A stretch of DNA of 64,000 nucleotides from the human T2T-CHM13v2.0 reference genome, Homo sapiens, in assembly GCF_009914755.1 (NCBI RefSeq), contig NC_060926.1. One strand, 5' to 3'. A model generated the notes under the pieces. The model worked only from the letters and a program-made list of their open reading frames with translations, was not told the origin of the DNA and ran no database searches. This document shows, piece by piece, positions 56,544 to 64,000 of this stretch (position 1 is its first letter; the number at the start of each line of letters is the position of its first letter). Made by a program: the position numbers and the translations under genes.

Positions 56544-58227
56544 CCTGCTGCTTTCCAGGGGCCTGAATTTCAAGGGAAATTACTGGCAAACTGCTTGCTA
56601 AGATTTAGGTTCAGAGAGAAGAAGCTCTGGATTGAAATACACACATTTTTTTTGTGCGGGGAGGTGAATGTAGCAGTCACTCTTGCTACCCTTTGCCTTT
56701 CCCCTTTGCTGTACTTCTGCTGACTCCCCATGGCCATATCTGTTCCTCACTGCTCTATGTCAAACTGGAGAAGGCAGCCCTGCCTGCACACATGGCCTTT
56801 CACAGCACCTGGAATGAGCATCCTCTCAGAAAGCCCTCAATCAGTGAGGACAGGAGAGGTGTATATACCCCAGCTCCCTCTCTTCTCAGCTGGAATAATA
56901 CTGAGACATTTTCCCCTGTTTCCACGTGGGCTTGAGCTCCAGCCATCCTCAGCGGTAGCTCTTTGCTGAGGAGACTTTTGGAGTCCCTCCTTTCTTTCCT
57001 CCTTCACTGCCTTGTTTCCTCCCCGTGTTTCCTGTGCATTATAAACATGCTGCCTGCATAGGCATCATTATCCCTGAAAGAGCCAACCTAAGAAAGCAGA
57101 AAAACATTCTTTCTTGGACGGTATGGTCTGAATTCTTGTCAAATCTTTTTTTTAACGCATAGGGATATTTAGAAAATTTAGGAAACACCTGAATTATCTT
57201 GGAATGGTCACCCTCCGTTCTTCAAAATGGCTCTATCTTGTCATTTTTTAGTGTCAGTTTTAACAAGACACACAGGCATTTCACTGTGAAGAGGGCTAGC
57301 AGCAGAATACTTCTTATGTGTAAAAGCTCTTGGATAAATCCTTTAAACTCTCATACTCTCTGGGTATGTGATTAGCTCTTGTGTTCTCTGGAGATGACAA
57401 AAGTAGGGGGCTATTTGTTCATTTGTTTTCACATTAGGAGAAGAAATCAGATTGATAGGACACATTTTGAGAGGGAAGAGCCGGCTCAGGGAGATGAGGA
57501 TGGTAGAAAAGAAGCAAAGTGTTCAGGGCAATGCGAGATGTGCTCCTGCCCTCAAATCTGAAAGAAAGACATTTAAATTTTAAAGACTTGGAGGAAGTTT
57601 TGCTATGTGGACAAAACTGCAGAAAGGCCTGAGTTTATAATTGTGGTAATCATGGCAAGGTTCAGAGGTAGCAAGGCGCTTGCTGAGAATTCCACACCAC
57701 CCTTCCGGCTTTGTCTCTTCTCTGAGTTTAAAAGCCATTCATTCCTCCATGGAACAAATGTGGCCATGTGGAAGCGACATATTTAAGCTGGGTTCCAAGC
57801 TCAGCCCTGATAATTGCTGGCCATGTATCTTTGGGCAAACCACCCCTGTGCTCTGATGAACAGTTTACTCACCTGTGAAAAGTAGCACCAAGGATATCAA
57901 GGGCTGTCCTGAAGGTTTCTCTAGTTGATGCACCAGGAAATGTATCTATGCATATATATGTATGAAAAGACTACTTAGGGCCCCTTTTCTGCATCCTTGA
58001 ATATCTTAGAATGAAGATTCTAGATAAGATATTACTACCCAGATGTCATGCTCTACTAAGAATTATCAACATTTATTATATAATTAACAGATGCTCCAGT
58101 ATACACCGTGGGGTTTCCTGTACGCTATTTCCTCATAAAATCTTCTAATATGTGTAACATTAGAGAATCGAACGTGGAGATTCCCAATCATTATACTACC
58201 TTTAGGCTGGATTTATTCTAAGCCCCA

Positions 58228-58690
58228 TTTGTATTAGTATTTTTGGGCTGCTATAACAAATTACCAAAACTTTGGTAGCTTAAAGAAATAGAAATATATT
58301 CTCTTATAGTTCTGGAGGCCAGAAGTCCAGCATCAGTTTCAGCAGCCAGGAGCAGGCTGTCATCAGACAAAGCTGCTCCAGGGTCTCCAGGGGCAAGTCT
58401 ATTTTTTTTTACTTCTCTTAGCTTTTGTTGGTTTAAGCTTTCATTGGCTTGAGTCCAAATCATTTCAATCTCTGTTGCTGTCTTCAGATGGCCTTCTCTT
58501 CTGCAGGATTTTTAAAAATGACATTTAACAAAGACAGGCCCCTTTAGGGCCCACCTGGTCAATACAGGATAATCTGCCTGTTTTATAATCCTTAATTTCA
58601 TGTGCAAAGGCTCTTTTCCTGTGAAAGGTACCTGTATAGTTTCCATGGAATACAGCCTGATCATTTGAGCACCATACTCAGCACTAAACC
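58228..58690 (-). mobile_element. MLT1-family MaLR LTR
   Basis: TGTATTAG...GCTGCTATAACAAATTACC...TCTTATAGTTCTGGAGGCCAGAAGTCC. Confidence 0.8.
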
Positions 58691-59469
58691 ATTATAGAAT
58701 GACTCTTCAGTGTTGGTACTATACACACATCACACGCTCTTCTCTCTCTCTCTCCTCCTCTCGTTCCCTCTTTCTTCCTTCTGATTATAAATCTCCTCAC
58801 TTCCCTAAGCGTATCCAGTGCCACCTATGTCTAGGTTAGAGCAGCACACATAGGAGGGCCTGCATAGGTATCATTGTCCCTGAAATGTTGTGGTTTGGCT
58901 TAGAGACCTGCTCTATCCCTCATTATCACTCAGAAAGAAGGACACAGCCAAAGATAGTCCTCAGCCATCTGGGGAGAAGCTGTCTTCACAGAGGACAGTC
59001 AGGGGCTATCATTCTCTGGACCTCTGCTTATCTTCAGATGCCTGTGGTCCTCAGCCCTCAGTGAGGGTCTGTGTGGCCCCTGATTCGAGTAGGATCCAAC
59101 AGGATCCTTATCAGAATATCTGATTCACAGAAGGCAGCGAGTGTAAGGTAGGAGATCATCAGGACTTGTGTTCTGAGCACCGATCCCAACATTGGTCATG
59201 ACAACGCTGACTGGAACAGGATCTCGACAAAAGAGGATGCGCTACAGAAACTGGCCCAAACCAGCTAGAACCAAGATGGTGACAAAAACGACCTCTAGAG
59301 CACAGTGTGAGTGGATCTTCCCCCGGGGGCTCCCGTCAGACAGAGTGGCAGCCATGGCTCAGTGCTGCATGATCATAGTATGAAACCCCCCCCCCACGGT
59401 CTTTTCACAGCCCCCCTCTGACTGCAGTGATGTGGGATTTCTCTGTCCAACTTTCATGGCTCAAGCAAC

Positions 59470-60000
59470 TTCTGGGACTCTGTTCACAATGGGAGGTCAT
59501 GAAGGTAGTTAGGCTGTTGATGGCCAGAGTGACGTCTGTCCAGACTCACCCCCTTGACCCAGGCGGGCATCGTGTCCAGGGGGCAGTGGGAGCCAGCAGG
59601 AGATCAGCGTCAGCCCTTATTTCCTGTGGAGCTAGGCTAGGACACTGTTATTTCCGTGACTGGCTCTGCTGGTGACAGTGACCCTGTCTCCTGGAACACA
59701 GGGAGGGGCCTGGAGATGAGCACCGCACAATATCCCAACTGTCACATAAGTGGGGAACAATTATGAACATCCCCAAGTGTTAATTCTAAATAACTACTTC
59801 ATTCAGTTTGACTGAATTCTGATGAACAAGCAAAATGGGCGACAGACTTCATCTTGAAGGATGTTTAATGCAAAGAAACTGCATTAAATTCATGTTTAAT
59901 ACACAGAACTGAAACTGAAGGTGAAGCCCGAGTTCTCCCTCTTCACCAGAGAATTGGAAAAGCAGGAGGAAGAGGAGCAACACCAGGTCCCCACGTCCAC
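59470..60000 (-). pseudogene. Second highly degenerate V-kappa relic (IGKV1-like leader)
   Basis: Minus-strand leader GTGGACGTGGGGACC...CTCTG|GTGAAGAGGGAGAAC (60000-59947). V starts at GATATTGTG (59734) and contains GGAGACAGGGTCACTGTCACCAGCAGAGCCAGT (GDRVTVTSRAS) and ACAGACGTCACTCTGGCCATCAACAGCCTA (TDVTLAINSL), with stops and frameshifts. Confidence 0.72.
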
Positions 60001-60074
60001 GAGGGTCTCCTGAGGCTGATCCTGCTCAGAGAGAGTGGGAAAAGTGGATGAGTCAGCTTGCATTGCCACACCAA

Positions 60075-60757
<683 letters not shown>

Positions 60758-62654
60758 GGTGGGACACAGCCGGGGCCTTGCTTCCAGTCTCAGAGAATGG
60801 GGCAGGTTCCCACAACTCAGCACATGGGTGGCTCCTCCCCGGTGCCCAGGTCACAAGAAAGACCCGCCTCTACCTTTCGGGCTCCCTGTTGAGAATGGGA
60901 CACCAGCACTCCTACTTTCCCAGTGTTCCTGAGACCATGGTGTTGTCTTTTGTTTATTGTGGAGTGTTTTTGCCATCTTCAGACAGGTCTTTGACATAGC
61001 AACTTATCGGACATTTGATTCTGTGATTGTGAAAATTAATTGATTAATTAGTCATAAGTAAAAAATTAAACAATACATTGAATCAGAAAAAAGGAGGGCC
61101 AGATGAAGAGCTTAAAAGGAATCTGAGTATCTTAAAAAGACGTATTCCTTTCAAACAAGAACAGTTAGAGTCACGGATTTTTTAACAAATGACTTTTTAG
61201 CAGCAATGATGAAATAGTAAATGACAACTTCAAATAGGCTACCACATATGGAAGTTTCTTGTCAAAGAATATCTTCAAGAATCATGTAAACACATTTTCA
61301 GATTAAAACAAACAAACAATGAACGTGGGTTTACCAGCAGACCCGCTCAATGGAAAATTTCTCAAATCTGTGACTGAGTCAAAAGTACATTTGTCCCTGA
61401 TGGAAAGCTAGAGGTTTTATTTGTTTCTGTATTTATTTTTGATCCTTAGAAGAAAACAGCTTTCTCTCCATTCAGTTCCACCTCATGCTGTTGAGGATGA
61501 CCATGGGGGCAGTGACTGTGAGGAAGGAGGAAGGCTGTGCTCTCAGGGTGGTCGTGCCTCCTGTCCACCTGAGTGACCTCATGGAGCAGAGCCACCCACA
61601 CCACCAAGGCCACGTGCCTGCCTCTGCACTGCCATGGCACAGACACAGAAACCTTGTCACATTTAGTCCACCATATTTTGAGGTTTCTTTGTAATAAATT
61701 TAATTATGCTCTGATTCTCCTTGTGTCTCTCTCCTTTCAGATTTGGAATCATTTACTTTTCACCATTTTGACTTGAGAATATAGACCTTTGGGATATCAG
61801 CATCAGGTAGGTTGTACATTTGTTTGCTTTTCCTAAGAATATATCTAACCGCCTTGAATGGGTTTTGATTTTATCTTCTGTCTCACAGAAAAGCAGAAAC
61901 TCAAGGTGACTAGGTGCTGTCAATCACAGGAGGGCTAACGTGACAACGGAATTGCTGTATCTCCTGCTGTTGCTACTTACATCTTATTTTCTTTTACTGC
62001 GTTCTGTAATAACATTTAGGCTCAAAGAAACATTAATTAGTATTTTTGAATAACATATTAAGTGCTTATGTTTCTTAATTTGAGGGCTATGGTCTACTAA
62101 ACATCTATATACATTTTGCCATGCAACTTTTCAACCCAACAGAAATGACACATGGGAATTTTAATTGCACTTCCTGTGGAATCCGTTATCTTGACATAAA
62201 TCATCTCAAGTATAATTTAAGCTGTTAGCCTGCATCAGATTCAATGAGCCTTTTGTGTCTCTACACAGTGTTTTCACATGTAAAAGACATCACTCATTAC
62301 TCGGGTTCATGTAAATTTATTTGGCAGAACAATCAGATCACGGAAGCAGGCAAGTGGTAACACAAGTGAAATACATGTTAGAAACGACTGGTTTGGGGAT
62401 AGTTTTATACATGGTAACAGGTGGTCATATTGGGAAATTGCTGTCTTCCCACTTTCCAAACTTGCTCCTTTACCACTCACACGAAACTGCCCTCTCTAGT
62501 ATTATGGTGAAGAAAGCACTATTGCTTTTTTAACGGAAAGCATTTGTTAGGTTTAAAAGTTCCATGGCAAAATGTATACAGATATGTATCAGACCGCAGC
62601 CCTCATATTAAGAAAGCATATAAATTTAGAACATTATTGTCAATAGAATCTATT

Positions 62655-63154
62655 TATTTATTTATTATTTTAATTTTAATTTTATTATTATTATACTTTA
62701 AGTTTTAGGGTACATGTGTACAATGTGCAGGTTTGTTACATATGTATACATGTGCCATGTTGGTGTGCTGCACCCATTAAGACACATGCACACGTATGTT
62801 TATTACGGCGCTATTCACAATAGCAAAGACTTGGAACCAACCCAAATGTCCAACAAAGATAGACTGGATAAAGAAAATGTGGCACATATACACCATGGAA
62901 TACTATGCAGCCATAAAAAATGAAGAGTTCATGTCCTTTGTAGGGACATGGATGAAGCTGGAAACCATCATTCTCAGCAAACTCTGGCAAGGACAAAAAA
63001 CCAAACACCGCATGCTCTCACTCATAGGTGGGAATTGAACAATGAGAACACATGGACACAGGGTGGGGCACATCACACTCCGGGGACTGTTGTGGGGTGG
63101 GGGGAGGGATGAAGGATGGCATTAGGAGACATACCTAATGCTAAATGACGAGTT
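62655..63154 (-). mobile_element. Short twin-primed L1PA3-like insertion (3' end on minus 62655-62780, inverted segment 62781-63154)
   Basis: A T-rich tail and reversed L1 3' terminus, then a plus-orientation ORF2 end/3'UTR stopping at GACGAGTTAAT; TSD AATAGAATCTATT at 62642-62654 and 63155-63167. Confidence 0.95.
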
Positions 63155-64000
63155 AATAGAATCTATTAAGGGCATAATTTTTCTATGCATTTACAACTAA
63201 AATAGACGATTCAGATTTATTTTCAGGAAAAAAATAGGGTCATGTAAAAATAATGCATTTATTCATTCTTCGAATGATTTTCTTATGACAACATAGTACT
63301 AGATATTTCCTCTCTAAAGTACTATGTCAGTAAAATACTTTTAAAATTCTAAGAATTTGAGAAGAAAATAAAAATCTCATGCAATTCTGCATTGTTCCTG
63401 TGATATGTTATATAAACTTTATGTTTTCCTCCTGAGTTATTTTGTTTATTTTCAAATCCCACTTTTGGAATTGTAAGAACTCCATTTTCAGTCAGCAAAA
63501 GGTAATTGAGGTAAATCAAACTATTTCGGGATTAGGATTTATATTTCCCCTGGATTTTAAAAATCTATAAGTAGTAAAAAACAATCAGACATTATAACTA
63601 ATTATTCTTAGCCATACTCCCGTGAAAATAGCTGGTGCAGAATGCTTTCTCCACCATAGTACTAGGGAGGGCAGGTTCGTGTGAGTGGTAAAGGAGAGAG
63701 AAAGTTTGGAAAGTGGGAAGATAGCAATTTCTCAACATGAACAACTGTTACCATGTATAAAACTATCCCCAGACCAGTCGTTTGCAACATGTTTTTCACT
63801 TCTGTTACCACTAATCTGCATCCATGATCTGATTGTTCTGCAAATAAATGGACTCAACAAATGTGGGCCAGACAAGGAGGGTGAAGATGAGCTTCATTCA
63901 CTCTTCCTTCATCAGAGCTGGCTGTTCCCAGAGCAGGTGGCTACATGTGGCAGCTGATGGAGCCTTAACATGTGGGACTGAGGTGCAGCTGAGGCTTTCA

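Noticed and set aside
59010-59310. A fourth V relic (CTTCAG|ATGCCTGTGGT ... CACAGTG at 59301)
   Set aside because: There are no V framework motifs between the signals, the heptamer follows an LTR-like fragment, and there is no nonamer.

Overview
Primate, almost certainly human, repeat-rich genomic DNA with the look of a pericentromeric segmental-duplication mosaic. I can support no intact protein-coding gene, RNA gene or CRISPR array. Positions 1-16.5 kb are a nested, rearranged cluster of old L1 elements. It contains a ~103-bp tandem array built from an L1 5'UTR module, two head-to-head L1 5' ends, an L1 inserted inside another L1, and a templated insertion plus inverted duplication. Positions 16.5-50.6 kb are unique sequence interspersed with L1PA, Alu, MIR, L2, MER20, MaLR and ERV1 LTR copies. 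This stretch also holds a 29-bp palindromic AT-rich minisatellite with a STAT5-type GAS motif in every unit, an ancient ~0.9-kb tandem duplication, and a ~70-bp-arm inverted repeat outside any repeat I recognise. Positions ~54.7-60 kb are immunoglobulin-kappa-derived: one IGKV1 orphon pseudogene with several inactivating lesions and two very degenerate V-kappa relics. I found no convincing new multi-gene biological system. The most notable items are structural, mechanistic or candidate regulatory features. Repeat subfamily names come from remembered consensus features, not from a database search, and most repeat boundaries are approximate.
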